Positions 29,074-39,371 of a stretch of 64,000 bases of DNA are shown piece by piece. Made by a program: the position numbers and the translations under genes. Positions within the stretch are counted from its first letter, which is position 1. Each line of letters begins with the position of its first letter. Below the pieces are notes generated by a model. The model worked only from the letters and a program-made list of their open reading frames with translations, was not told the DNA's origin and did no database searches. The stretch comes from Planctomycetota bacterium (GTDB taxonomy: Bacteria; Planctomycetota; UBA1135; UBA2386), in assembly GCA_965223545.1 (NCBI GenBank), contig OZ245006.1, positions 5,568,001-5,632,000 on the forward strand, given 5' to 3'.

Positions 29074-32000
29074 ATGCTCACCGCGCTGATCGGCTGGTCT
29101 CTGCGACGGCGCGGCCTGGTGCTCGGGCTGGCGGCTCTGCTGATCGTGTTCGGGGCCTACCGCATCCCGCGGATGCCGGTCGAGGTGTTTCCCGAGCTCA
29201 ACGCCCCGACCGTCACGATCATGACCGAAGCGCCCGGCTACGCGCCGGAGGAAGTCGAGCGCGCGGTGACGTTTCCGATCGAGACCGCGCTCAACGGCAT
29301 CGCCGGGCTGCGCCGTCTGCGCTCGAGTTCGGCCCTCGGTCTGTCGATCGTCTGGGCCGAGTTCGACTTCGGCGCCGACATCTACCGCAATCGGCAGCTG
29401 ATCGCCGAGCGGCTGTCCCGGGTGCGGGGCGTGCTGCCGGCCAATGTGCATCCGCCCGAGATGACTCCGGTCGCCAGTCTCGCCGGCGAAGTCATGCTGC
29501 TCGGCTTGACCAGCCCGCAGGAACGCGCGTCGCCCCTCGAGCTGCGCCGCATCGCGGAGTTCGACCTCCGCCCACGCCTGTTGGCGGTGACCGGCGTCGC
29601 CCAGGTCACCGCGCTCGGCGGCGAGCTGCCCGAGCTGCAGATCCGCGTGTCGCCCGATGCCCTGCAGCGATACGGCTTGACCCTGGCCGAGATCGAGCGC
29701 GCGGCCGGGGCCGCGCACGCGCCGGTCGGCGCCGGCTACCTCGCCGATGTGGGAGGGCGCGAGCTGCCGCTGCGGCCGCAGACGGGGGTGGAGAGCGTCG
29801 ACGACATCGGCTCGACGGTGGTCGGCACTTGGCGGGGAGTGCCGGTGCCGCTGTCCTCCGTCGCCAGCATCGGCGTGGCGGGCGCACCGCGGCGGGGGAC
29901 CGGTTCGGCCGGGGGAAGGCCGGCGGCGATCCTCACGGTGCAGCGCGACCCGAGCGCCAACACTCTGGAGCTCACCGCTCGCCTCGACGCGGTGCTCGAC
30001 GCCTTCGCCGCGACGTTGCCCGAGGGCGTGGTGCTCGAGCGGGCCATCTTCCGGCAGGCGGACTTCATCGGTGTTGCCGTCGACAACGTGCTGGCGGCGT
30101 TGCTGGATGCCGCGCTCTTCGTGCTGGTCATTCTGTTCCTGTTCCTGCTGGACCTCCGCACGACGCTGATCACGTTGACCGCGCTGCCGCTGTCGCTGGC
30201 GGCCGCCCTGCTCGCCCTCGACGCGGTCGGTGCGACCATCAACGTGATGACTCTCGGCGGCATCGCCGTCGCCATCGGCTCGCTGGTCGACGATGCCATC
30301 GTCGACGTCGAGAACGTCTTTCGCCGCCTGCGGCAGAACGCGGGGCTGCCGCCGGAGCAGCGCCGGCCGCGCCTACGCGTCGTGTTCGAAGCCAGCGTCG
30401 AGGTCCGCCAGGCGATTCTGTTGGCCACCGCCGTCATCGTGCTCGGCTTCGTGCCCCTGTTCTTCCTCAGCGGAGTCGAGGGCCGCTTCTTCCGCCCGCT
30501 CGGCGCCGCCTACGTCATCAGTTTGGCGGCGTCGTTGCTGGTGGCCATGTCGGTGACACCGGTGCTGTGCAGCGTGCTCTTGCGGCGCGCCGCAGCCGGG
30601 TCCGTCGAGCGCGAGAGTTGGCTCGTCCGGTGGCTGCAGCGGGGTTATGGCCGGGCGCTCGAGGTCGCGCTGCGCGCGCGCGCCGTCGTGCTCGGTGCGG
30701 CGGGGCTGCTGTTGGCGTGCGCGTGCGCGCTCGCGGCGACGTTCGGCTCGTCGTTCCTGCCCGAGTTCAACGAGGGCAGCATCACGCTGTTCCTCAACAC
30801 GCCGGCGGGCACGTCGCTGCAGGAGTCGGACCGCGTCGGGCGGCGGGTCGAGCTGCGGGCGGCCGAGATCGAGGGCGTTGCCGCCGTCACGCGGCGCACC
30901 GGCCGGGCCGAGCGGGACGAGCACGCCGAGCCGGTGAGCGCGAGCGAAGTGGATGTGCGCCTGCGCCCCGGCGCGGACGTCGGCGCGGTGCGGCGAGCGC
31001 TCGTCGATCTGCTCGCGGCGACGCCGGGCGTGACGTCGCAGATCGGCGGGCCGATCGGCCACCGGCTCTCGCACATCTTGTCGGGCACACCGGCCGCCGT
31101 GGCGATCAAGGTGTTCGGCGACGACCTCGACCAGCTGCGCACGATCGCCGCCGAGATCGAGGCGGCGCTGCACCCGCTGCCGGGCGTGCGCGACCTGGTC
31201 GCCAATCGCGAAGTGTTGTCGGACACGCTGCCGATCCGTTTCGACCGCCAACGGCTGGCGCACTACGGCTTGACCCCGGCGGATGCGGCGCGCCAGCTCG
31301 AAACCGCCTTCCTCGGGCGCAGGTTGGGTGTGGTCAACCAGGGCTCCGCACGGATCGACATCGTGCTGCGCTTGGCCGAGGACGCGCGGCGCAACCTGGA
31401 CGACGTGCGCCAGTTCTTGTTGCAGGCTCCGTCCGGAGCCGTCGTCCGGCTGCAGACCGTCGCCGACGTGTACGAAGAGCAAGCGTCGAGCCTGATCACC
31501 AGGGAGAGCGTGCGTCGCAAGGCGGTGATCTCCTGCAACGTGGCGGAAGGCCACAACCTGGGCGATCTCGTCGCCGCGATCCGCGCAAGTGTCGACCCCA
31601 TCGTTGCGCGACATCAGGGCGCACACGTCGAGTACGGCGGGCAGTTCGAGGCGCAAGCCGAGGCGAGCCGGCGCATCGGGTGGACGTCGCTTGGCGTCCT
31701 CGCGGTGATCTGTCTGCTCCTCTACGGCGCCTTCGGCGCCGCCAGACCGGTTCTGCTGGTGCTGCTCAACCTCCCGTTCGCCCTGGTCGGCGGGGTCGTC
31801 GCGCTGTTCGTCGCCGATTCGCCCAGCGTGATCGACAACCTCACCGCGTTGTTCGGCGGTGGCAGCTATGTGGCTCCGGTCGTGTCGATCTCTGCCCTGG
31901 TCGGCTTCATCGGTCTCGTCGGTGTGGCCTGTCGCAACGGGCTACTGCTGATCTCGCACTGCTATCACCTGATGGAGGTGGAGAACATTGCCCGATCCGC

Positions 32001-32241
32001 CGCGATCCGAAGCGGTGCCCGGGAGCGCCTCGTGCCGATTCTGATGACGGCTCTGACCTCGGCCCTGGCCTTGATCCCGTTGGTGTTGGCCAAGGGTGAG
32101 ATCGGCAGCGAGCTGCAGTATCCGATCGCCGTGGTCATTCTGGGTGGGTTGGTCAGCAGCACGTTCCTCAACCTGTTCGTCGTGCCGGTCGCCTTCGAGG
32201 CGTTCGCCGGCAAGGCGCGGAGTGGCGGCGCTTCCCGCTGA
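29074..32241 (+). CDS. Heavy-metal RND efflux permease, CusA/CzcA family
   Basis: VFPEL..TEAPG..PEEVE..VTFPIE, AIGSLVDDAIVDVEN, FLPEFNEG, ERLVPILMTA. Confidence 0.93.
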   Translation: MLTALIGWSLRRRGLVLGLAALLIVFGAYRIPRMPVEVFPELNAPTVTIMTEAPGYAPEEVERAVTFPIETALNGIAGLRRLRSSSALGLSIVWAEFDFGADIYRNRQLIAERLSRVRGVLPANVHPPEMTPVASLAGEVMLLGLTSPQERASPLELRRIAEFDLRPRLLAVTGVAQVTALGGELPELQIRVSPDALQRYGLTLAEIERAAGAAHAPVGAGYLADVGGRELPLRPQTGVESVDDIGSTVVGTWRGVPVPLSSVASIGVAGAPRRGTGSAGGRPAAILTVQRDPSANTLELTARLDAVLDAFAATLPEGVVLERAIFRQADFIGVAVDNVLAALLDAALFVLVILFLFLLDLRTTLITLTALPLSLAAALLALDAVGATINVMTLGGIAVAIGSLVDDAIVDVENVFRRLRQNAGLPPEQRRPRLRVVFEASVEVRQAILLATAVIVLGFVPLFFLSGVEGRFFRPLGAAYVISLAASLLVAMSVTPVLCSVLLRRAAAGSVERESWLVRWLQRGYGRALEVALRARAVVLGAAGLLLACACALAATFGSSFLPEFNEGSITLFLNTPAGTSLQESDRVGRRVELRAAEIEGVAAVTRRTGRAERDEHAEPVSASEVDVRLRPGADVGAVRRALVDLLAATPGVTSQIGGPIGHRLSHILSGTPAAVAIKVFGDDLDQLRTIAAEIEAALHPLPGVRDLVANREVLSDTLPIRFDRQRLAHYGLTPADAARQLETAFLGRRLGVVNQGSARIDIVLRLAEDARRNLDDVRQFLLQAPSGAVVRLQTVADVYEEQASSLITRESVRRKAVISCNVAEGHNLGDLVAAIRASVDPIVARHQGAHVEYGGQFEAQAEASRRIGWTSLGVLAVICLLLYGAFGAARPVLLVLLNLPFALVGGVVALFVADSPSVIDNLTALFGGGSYVAPVVSISALVGFIGLVGVACRNGLLLISHCYHLMEVENIARSAAIRSGARERLVPILMTALTSALALIPLVLAKGEIGSELQYPIAVVILGGLVSSTFLNLFVVPVAFEAFAGKARSGGASR

Positions 32242-32344
32242 ACGCCGGCCTGCGACAAACCGCTGATTCGGATCACACTCCGATCGGCCCACGTGCAAGA
32301 ATCTCCAGCCGACAACCGGCCGAGCACCTGCCGCGGTGGATGAC

Positions 32345-33409
32345 ATGAGCGACACGTCGACGATTCCGTTCTCCCTGCTCCTCTTGTTGGCGGTCGCCTG
32401 CGGTGACGCCACGCCGCCGCCGGCGCCCGCCGGCGGCGGTGCGTCCAGTGCGGCGCCCGCGCCGGAGAGCGATCACGGGGCCGAGACCGAGGTGGGCACG
32501 GTGCGCGTTGGCGCCCGGGAGTTTCGCGTCGTCCAGCTCGGTGAGTTGGTGCCGGGGAAAGAGGGAGCCTTCGAGGTTCACGGCGCCGGCGCGACACCCG
32601 ACGTGCGCGGTCTCCGCGCCTACCTGTGGGTCGAAAGCGATGACGGTGCCCAGGTGAGCGCCCCCGAGAAGGGGCTACCCGGCGGCGACCGGTTGCACTT
32701 CCACGTCACGCCGCGCCAGGGCACTGCACCCGTGCGCGTCGTGTTGCGCGTGCGTGGTGACGATGGCGACGAACGCGGCTCGCTGCCCCTGCCGAACCCG
32801 CCAAGCGCGGCCGCGCCCGCCGACCGCGCGGAGAGCGCGCCCGCCGGCGAACCGCACGCTGTGTTGGCCGGTGGCTGGACGCAGCAGCTCGACGATGCGA
32901 CGGAAGACTCGCCGGCGAGCCGCTTCGTCATCGACGCCGACACCGTCGAAGCCACGCAGGGACCCAACGCCTGCCTCTGGGTGCCCGTCGTGGCCGACGG
33001 GAATTATCGCTTGTCGGCCACCGTGACCCATCTCGACTCCGGGCTGCATCCGCACGGCGCCGGTCTCACCTTCGGCGGCACCGATGTCCACGGCACTGCG
33101 CAGCGCTACACGTACTTCTTGGTGCGCGGGGATCGGCACTTCTTGATCAAGACGCGCGCGGGCGAAGACACCGCCGACGTCGTGCCGTGGACCGAGCACG
33201 AGGCGGTCGCCGCCGAGGACGACGAGGGCTTGATGGAGAACCGGCTCGCGGTCGAAGTGCGCGGCGCCGAAGTGGTGTTCTCGATCAATGGCACCGAGGT
33301 GCACCGGGGCGCGCGCGACGACCTGCCGTCCGACGGCCGCATCGGACTGCGCTTGGTGCACGACCTGCACGTCCGCTTCACGGTTCCGGTCGTCGAGCGC
33401 TTGGACTGA
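32345..33409 (+). CDS. Lipoprotein with C-terminal concanavalin-like (DUF1080-like) domain
   Basis: Lipobox LAVAC; NRLAVEVRG..FSING..GRIGL. Confidence 0.6.
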   Translation: MSDTSTIPFSLLLLLAVACGDATPPPAPAGGGASSAAPAPESDHGAETEVGTVRVGAREFRVVQLGELVPGKEGAFEVHGAGATPDVRGLRAYLWVESDDGAQVSAPEKGLPGGDRLHFHVTPRQGTAPVRVVLRVRGDDGDERGSLPLPNPPSAAAPADRAESAPAGEPHAVLAGGWTQQLDDATEDSPASRFVIDADTVEATQGPNACLWVPVVADGNYRLSATVTHLDSGLHPHGAGLTFGGTDVHGTAQRYTYFLVRGDRHFLIKTRAGEDTADVVPWTEHEAVAAEDDEGLMENRLAVEVRGAEVVFSINGTEVHRGARDDLPSDGRIGLRLVHDLHVRFTVPVVERLD

Positions 33410-33426
33410 GCCGCCGGAGGCCGCGC

Positions 33427-33960
33427 ATGCATCGCCCCGTCCCGACACCGATCGCTGGCGTCACCCTGCGCTTCGCCGAGCCAGCGGACGCTGCCACGAT
33501 CCTGCGCTTCATCCGCGAGCTCGCCGACTACGAGCAGCTGGCGGACCAGGTGGTCGCCGACGAGGCTGCCGTGCGCGCGACCGTGTTCGGTGACGCCGCC
33601 GGGCCCGAGGTCGTGTTGGCCGAAGACGCGGGCGCGCCGATCGGCTTCGCCCTGTTCTTCCACAACTACTCGACGTTCTTGGCGCGCCGTGGGCTGTATC
33701 TGGAGGATCTGTTCGTGACGCCGGCGGCGCGCGGCCGCGGGGTCGGCAAAGCGCTGCTCGCCTATCTGGCGCGGATTGCGGTCGAGCGCGGTTGTGGGCG
33801 GATGGAGTGGGCGGTGCTCGATTGGAACCAGCCGGCGATCTCGTTCTACGAGGGGCTCGGTGCGCGGCCGGTGGATGAGTGGCGCACTTTTCGCGTTACC
33901 GGTGACGGGCTCGCAAACCTGGCCAGACAGTTCGAGGCGGGATCGGGGACGCCGCAGTAG
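33427..33960 (+). CDS. GNAT N-acetyltransferase (diamine/SSAT-like)
   Basis: IRELADYE, NYSTF, LYLEDLFV..RGRGVGKAL, MEWAVLDWN. Confidence 0.9.
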   Translation: MHRPVPTPIAGVTLRFAEPADAATILRFIRELADYEQLADQVVADEAAVRATVFGDAAGPEVVLAEDAGAPIGFALFFHNYSTFLARRGLYLEDLFVTPAARGRGVGKALLAYLARIAVERGCGRMEWAVLDWNQPAISFYEGLGARPVDEWRTFRVTGDGLANLARQFEAGSGTPQ

Positions 33961-34090
33961 GCGAAGGCTCCGGGGGCCCTGCGCCCGGGCAGAAACGTGT
34001 CGTGGGGGGCGCCGCGGCGGCGTCTGCAACAATGGGCGGCCCATCTCCTCGGCCGCCAATGGCACGATCTCTTCCCGTCGCACCTTCCCC

Positions 34091-35710
34091 ATGCGCGTCC
34101 TTCTCTCCTCGTTGGCCGGTGTCGTCGCCGGTCCTCTCTCGGCGCAGTTCGTCGAACCCGTCTGCGTCACGCACACTTGGAACGGCAGCCAGCTCGGCGA
34201 ATCGTTCGGCTGGGTCTCGGCGCCGCTGCGCGACATCGACGGCGACGGCGCGATGGAGGTCGCGATCACCGCGCCGGGTCGGTCCGGCAATCGCGGTCGC
34301 GTGTCGATCCGCTCCGGTCGCACGGGCCGGTTGTTGCGGCGGTCGGTGGGCACGGTGGCCGGTGCTCGTTATGGCCACGCCGTGCGCGACGCCGGTGACC
34401 TCGACGGTGACGGCGCCACCGATTACGTCGTCGGCGCTCCCGGCAGCAGCACGGTCGCTGGGACCGCGGAGGTGTTCTCGGTGAGTGCCAGCCTGCTGCT
34501 CACCATGCAGCAAGGCGTGGCCGGGGATCAGTTCGGCTACTCGGTCGCCGGACCCGGCGATCTCGATGGAGATGGCGTGCCCGACTACGCGGTGGGCGCG
34601 CCCGACACCAACAACCCCGGCGCGCTGGCCGGCGCGGTCTACGTGCTCAGTGGTGCCGGCGGCGGTGTCCTGCACGTCTTCCGCGGCGCGCCCGGCGACC
34701 GGCTCGGGACTGCGGTGGGGGCTATTGGCGACGTCACCGGCGACGGGCGCTCGGAGCTGGTGCTGGGGGCGGTGGGGGCGCCGGGCGGTGGACTCGCGTA
34801 CGTCTACGACGTCGGCCAGCCCGCGCAGCCGCTCTACACGCTGACTCCCGATGCCAGCGCCGCCAGTTTCGGCCAGTACTTCGCCGACTCGCCGGGGGAC
34901 GTCAACGGCGACGGTTGGCCGGACGTCTACGTCGGTGACTTCTCCGATTCCGGCGCCGGGCGCGCCGCCGGCCGCGCCTACGTCTTCGACGGCCGCAACG
35001 GCCAACGCATCTGGACCATTGCCGGGACCACGCCGGGCGGCGGCTTCGGCATCGGCCGCGGCGCCGGCGACGTCGATGGCGACGGGCGCGCGGATCTCTT
35101 GTTGTGTGCTTGGCAGGACAGCTCGGGAGCGCCCTTCGCCGGCAAAGCTTGGGTCTACTCCGGCGCCAACCTCCAGGTGCTGCACACCTTCACGTGCAAC
35201 GTCGCCGGCGCCACGGTGGGCTTCGACGCGCACGGCATGGGCGACGTCGATAACGACGGCCGCCAGGACTTCCTGCTGACGGGGGCTCAGCTCAACGGCA
35301 GCACCGGGGTCGCCTACCTGGTCTCCGGCTGCGCGGCGGCCGGTCGCAGCTACGGTGCCGGCCTGGCGGGCGCGGGTGGAACCGTGCCGCAGCTGTCCCT
35401 GCAGGGTTGCGCCGAGCCGGGCGAGGCCGTCGCGCTGGCCGTGCAGGGAGGGTTGGCGTCGGCGCCCGGCGTGCTCCTGGCGTCGGCGACCGCGGCGATG
35501 ACACCGCTCGCCGGCGGCCAGCTGTTGGTCGGCGCGGGAGTGGCGTGGCCGCACCGTCTGGACGCCGCGGGCACGATGTCGTTGCCGCTGACCGTGCCGA
35601 ACACCCCCGCGATGCGCGGCACCTCGACGTACTTGCAGGCGGGCTACGCCGATCAGGCCGCCCCACTGGGGTTGTCGTTGACGGCTGGATTGCGCGTCGA
35701 CGTCAAGTAG
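34091..35710 (+). CDS. Secreted FG-GAP (integrin alpha-like) repeat protein
   Basis: Repeated GDLDGDG..D..VGAP and FGYSV motifs. Confidence 0.9.
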   Translation: MRVLLSSLAGVVAGPLSAQFVEPVCVTHTWNGSQLGESFGWVSAPLRDIDGDGAMEVAITAPGRSGNRGRVSIRSGRTGRLLRRSVGTVAGARYGHAVRDAGDLDGDGATDYVVGAPGSSTVAGTAEVFSVSASLLLTMQQGVAGDQFGYSVAGPGDLDGDGVPDYAVGAPDTNNPGALAGAVYVLSGAGGGVLHVFRGAPGDRLGTAVGAIGDVTGDGRSELVLGAVGAPGGGLAYVYDVGQPAQPLYTLTPDASAASFGQYFADSPGDVNGDGWPDVYVGDFSDSGAGRAAGRAYVFDGRNGQRIWTIAGTTPGGGFGIGRGAGDVDGDGRADLLLCAWQDSSGAPFAGKAWVYSGANLQVLHTFTCNVAGATVGFDAHGMGDVDNDGRQDFLLTGAQLNGSTGVAYLVSGCAAAGRSYGAGLAGAGGTVPQLSLQGCAEPGEAVALAVQGGLASAPGVLLASATAAMTPLAGGQLLVGAGVAWPHRLDAAGTMSLPLTVPNTPAMRGTSTYLQAGYADQAAPLGLSLTAGLRVDVK

Positions 35711-35766
35711 CGGGTGCAAGCGGCGGGCGTTGACGCGGCGACCCGTTCCGCCACGATGTTGCGGAC

Positions 35767-36360
35767 ATGAGGCGCGCGGACCTGCCGGACGACCCCTTGG
35801 CGCTGTTTCGCGGCTGGGATGCCGAGGCGCGTGCCGCCGGGGTTCCCGAGCCCGATGCCGCGGCGCTGGCGACCGCCGACTCCGGCGGCCGGCCGTCGTG
35901 CCGCATGGTGCTGGTGCGCGGCGTCGACGCGCGTGGCTTCGCGTTCTACACCAGCTACGAGAGCCGCAAGGGCGAGGAACTGCGCGCCAATCCCGCCGCC
36001 GCCTTGCTCTGGTGGTGGCCGGTGTTGGGCAGGCAAGTGCGGGTCGAAGGCGCGGTCGAGGTGTTGCCGGCGGCGGAGTCGGACGCCTACTTCGCCGGCC
36101 GGCCGCGGGAGAGCCAGATCTCGGCGGCCGCGTCGCCGCAGTCGCGAGCGATCGACGACCGCGCGGCGCTGGTTCGTCTCACCGATGCCCTGGCCGCGCA
36201 AACGGCTGGCGGACCGGTTCGCCGGCCGGCGTGGTGGGGCGGGTTTCGCCTGGCTCCGTCGGCGGTCGAGTTCTGGCAGAACGGCGAGCACCGCCGGCAT
36301 GATCGGTTTCGCTACGAGGTCGGGGCCGGGGGCTGGACCGTCGCGCGGCTCGCGCCTTGA
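35767..36360 (+). CDS. pdxH: Pyridoxamine 5'-phosphate oxidase
   Basis: RMVLVR, FYTSYESRKG, RQVRVEG, YF..RPRESQI, EFWQ..RRHDR. Confidence 0.93.
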   Translation: MRRADLPDDPLALFRGWDAEARAAGVPEPDAAALATADSGGRPSCRMVLVRGVDARGFAFYTSYESRKGEELRANPAAALLWWWPVLGRQVRVEGAVEVLPAAESDAYFAGRPRESQISAAASPQSRAIDDRAALVRLTDALAAQTAGGPVRRPAWWGGFRLAPSAVEFWQNGEHRRHDRFRYEVGAGGWTVARLAP

Positions 36361-36387
36361 CGCGCCGGTGCCCGCCGGCGGCGGAGC

Positions 36388-37284
36388 TCACCTCTGGCGG
36401 ATCGGCGTCGCGAAGGCGTCGTGCTCGCGGCGGAGGACGGCCAGGTCCTCGTCGGTGAGCTGCTTCCTGGTGCGGGCGAGCATCTCGAAGAACCACGCCG
36501 CCTCCGGCTCGGTGACCGGACAGCCGACGTTGCCATCGGGACCGACCGAGGTGACCTGCCGAGTGCCGTCCGCCGAGAAGATGGCAAACCACGGCATGCC
36601 ACCCTTCTCGCCGGCGCGCAGCTCGTCGGCGAGCTCGGCACCGCCGGGCATCCGGTCGGTATCGATCTTCACCTCGACGTAGTCGCTGCCGAGGAGGCGG
36701 TGTACTTCGGGGCGCCCGAGGAACTCCTCGAGCTTGAAGCACCAGCCTCACCACGGCGCTGCCAGATGGACCAACAGCTGCTTGCCGCTCTCCTCGGCCT
36801 CGGCGCGGGCGCGTGCGTACACCTCGCGCGCCGCCGGCATCGGCGTGCGCAAGCAGTGCAGGAGCTGGCCGAGCGCGTCGTCGTCGCACTGCTTCAGGAT
36901 CGTGCAGCCGAACTTCGCCAGCAGGCCGCCCTCGGGGTCGTGCACCGTCAGCGTGGGCAGTCGGTGCGGCACCTCCGTGCCCAGCTCGGCGGCAACGGTG
37001 GCGTGCTCGGCGTCTGCCGCCACGACCTCGAACTCGTATCGCAGATACGCGTCGCCGATCTTCAGCTTGGCGAGCCTGGTGGCGCGGTCGGTGACGTCGC
37101 TGTCCGCCGCGGTCCACAACACGGCGAGGCGCTTGGCGCGCGCCGCCGCGATGTCGACCGCGGCGCGCAGCCGGTCCGGCGCCGCGGCCGGCGCCTGGCG
37201 GTCGGGCTGCGCTGTCGCCGGGGCGGGCAGCAACGCGACGGCCAACGCCATCGAGAGGGCGAGCGGGGGAGGGTGAGTGTGCAT
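36388..37284 (-). CDS. Secreted thioredoxin-like protein with in-frame TGA (candidate selenocysteine, UxxC)
   Basis: LLVHLAAPW-TGA-GWCFKLE; ORFs 36748-37401 and 36388-36672 are in frame; downstream GGMPW cis-Pro loop and NVGCP. Confidence 0.82.
36714..36733 (-). promoter_or_regulatory. Candidate bacterial SECIS hairpin
   Basis: GCUCGAGG-AGUU-CCUCGGGC begins 14 nt after the UGA at 36748-36750. Confidence 0.5.
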
Positions 37285-37421
37285 CGCTGTGCTCCTGGAT
37301 GCGTGAGCGGTCTGGGGGCGGTCTCGGCGGTCGGCGCCGCGGTCGAAATTCCTGGCCGCTGGGATGGGTCTTCCGCGCGACCTATGCTTTCGATTGAACA
37401 AATCCTAGCGGGAGCTCGACC

Positions 37422-38054
37422 ATGACACTGCGTTTGGGGGACACCGTCCCCGATTTCACCGCCGAGACCACCGAGGGCACGATCTCGTTCCACGACTGGA
37501 TCGGGGATTCCTGGGCGGTGCTGTTCTCGCACCCCAAGGACTTCACTCCGGTCTGCACCACCGAGCTCGGCTACATGGCCGGGTTGAAGAGCGAGTTCGA
37601 CAAGCGCGACACCAAGATCATCGGCCTCAGCGTCGACGATTTGTCGAGCCACGCGGAGTGGTCGGCCGACATTGCCGAGACCCAGGGGCACGCGCCGAAT
37701 TATCCGCTGATCGCCGATCCGGAGCGAAAAGTGGCGGAGCTCTACGGCATGATCCACCCCAACGCGCTCGACTCGCTCACCGTGCGCACCGTGTTCGTCA
37801 TCTCGCCGGCCAAGACGGTGATGATGATGCTCACCTACCCGGCCAGCACCGGCCGCAACTTCGACGAGATCCTGCGGGTGATCGACTCGCTGCAGCTCAC
37901 CGCCAAGCACAAGGTGGCCACCCCGGTGCAGTGGACCCCGGGCGGCGACGTCATCATCGTTCCCGCGCTGTCCGACGAGCAGGCCAAGCCGCTGTTCCCC
38001 AACGGCTGGAAGACCGTCAAGCCCTACCTCCGCGTCGTCCCCCAACCCAACTAA
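37422..38054 (+). CDS. 1-Cys peroxiredoxin (Prx6)
   Basis: FSHPKDFTPVCTTE, YPASTGRNFDEILR. Confidence 0.95.
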   Translation: MTLRLGDTVPDFTAETTEGTISFHDWIGDSWAVLFSHPKDFTPVCTTELGYMAGLKSEFDKRDTKIIGLSVDDLSSHAEWSADIAETQGHAPNYPLIADPERKVAELYGMIHPNALDSLTVRTVFVISPAKTVMMMLTYPASTGRNFDEILRVIDSLQLTAKHKVATPVQWTPGGDVIIVPALSDEQAKPLFPNGWKTVKPYLRVVPQPN

Positions 38055-38116
38055 CGCACGTACGGAGCCAGGCTCCCGTTCATCACTTCCGGCCCGGCCT
38101 TTGGGTGGCCCGCGCC

Positions 38117-39325
38117 TCAGCCACCCGCTCGACTCCGCTCCTCGAGCGCGGTGTGAATGCGCAGGTCGCCCTCCAGCGTTCGGTGGACGGGACAGCGCTC
38201 GGCGATCTCGCGCAGTCGATCGCGCTGATCGTCGTCGAGTGCGCCACGCAGCGTGAGCCGGCGCTCGATGTGGTCGGTGCGCGCCGCGCCCTCGCCCTTC
38301 TCCTCGGTGCGCCAATGGCGCAGCTCCACCCGCACGTGCTCGAGGTCCCACTTCTTGTGGCGTGCGTACATCCCCAACGTCATCGACGTGCAGGTGCCGA
38401 GGGCGGCGAGCAGGAGGTCGTAGGGAGCGGGTCCGGTGTCGCCGCCGCCGATCGCCACCGGCTCGTCGGCGATCCACGCGTGGCGACCCGCGACCACGGT
38501 TTGCTCGAAGCCGCGCGCGGAGCCCTCGACCACCACGCTCCCGTCGGCCGCGTCGGTCGGTGGCGACGCGTCCACGTAGCGCGCCGCCCACGCCGCCAAC
38601 ACCCCGGCCGCGTACTCGGCGTCGGCACGATCCGAGAGCAGGTGATCGGCATCGTCGAGCGAGACGAAGCTCTTGGGGTGTTGCAGCGCGGCGTACAGCC
38701 GTCGGGCATGGTCGACGTCGACGATCTCGTCGGCCGGTGAGTGCAGGATCAAGACCGGCACGCGGAGTTCGCGCAACCGGTCGCCGAGCCGCTGCTCGTC
38801 CAGATCGTCCAAGAACTGCTTCTTGATGGTGAACGCGCGGCCGGCGATGCGCACGCCGGCGACGCCGCGCGCCTCGATCGTCGATAGCTCGTCCTGTAGC
38901 AGGTGGCGGACGTGCTTGGGATCGCTCGGCGCGCCGATCGTCGCCACCGCCCGCACGCCGTCGATGCGCGCGGCGGCGGCGAGCACGGCGGCGCCACCCA
39001 AGCTGTGGCCGACGAGCAGGGCGGGGGCGCGGTGCACGGCGCGCAGATGCGCCGCCGCATCCACCAGATCGTCGACGTTGGAGGAGAAGTTGGTGTTGGC
39101 AAAGTCTCCCTCGCTGCCGCCCAGACCGGTGAAGTCGAAGCGGAGCACGGCATAGCCGGCGTCGCTCAACGCCCGGCTGACGCGGCTCGCGGCGGCGATG
39201 TCCTTGGAGCAGGTGAAGCAGTGTGCGAACAGGGCGAACGCGCGCGGGGGCCGCGCCGGCCATTCCAGCCTTCCCGCGAGGCGTTCGCCGTCGCGGTTGT
39301 CGAACTCGAGTTTCTCGCTGCGCAT
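38117..39325 (-). CDS. Bifunctional alpha/beta hydrolase - OsmC protein
   Basis: AHCFTCSKD, GHSLGG, ADEP..GG.DTGP.PYDLL..ALGTC, CPVHRTL. Confidence 0.92.
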   Translation of the reverse strand: MRSEKLEFDNRDGERLAGRLEWPARPPRAFALFAHCFTCSKDIAAASRVSRALSDAGYAVLRFDFTGLGGSEGDFANTNFSSNVDDLVDAAAHLRAVHRAPALLVGHSLGGAAVLAAAARIDGVRAVATIGAPSDPKHVRHLLQDELSTIEARGVAGVRIAGRAFTIKKQFLDDLDEQRLGDRLRELRVPVLILHSPADEIVDVDHARRLYAALQHPKSFVSLDDADHLLSDRADAEYAAGVLAAWAARYVDASPPTDAADGSVVVEGSARGFEQTVVAGRHAWIADEPVAIGGGDTGPAPYDLLLAALGTCTSMTLGMYARHKKWDLEHVRVELRHWRTEEKGEGAARTDHIERRLTLRGALDDDQRDRLREIAERCPVHRTLEGDLRIHTALEERSRAGG

Positions 39326-39371
39326 CACCACGATCTTAGAGGGCTGCGCTTCGGTGGCGCAGCCTCCTAAG

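Noticed and set aside
36388..37284. Pseudogene or two separate ORFs
   Set aside because: The stop falls exactly on the redox Cys position and both halves look intact; selenocysteine is the better explanation
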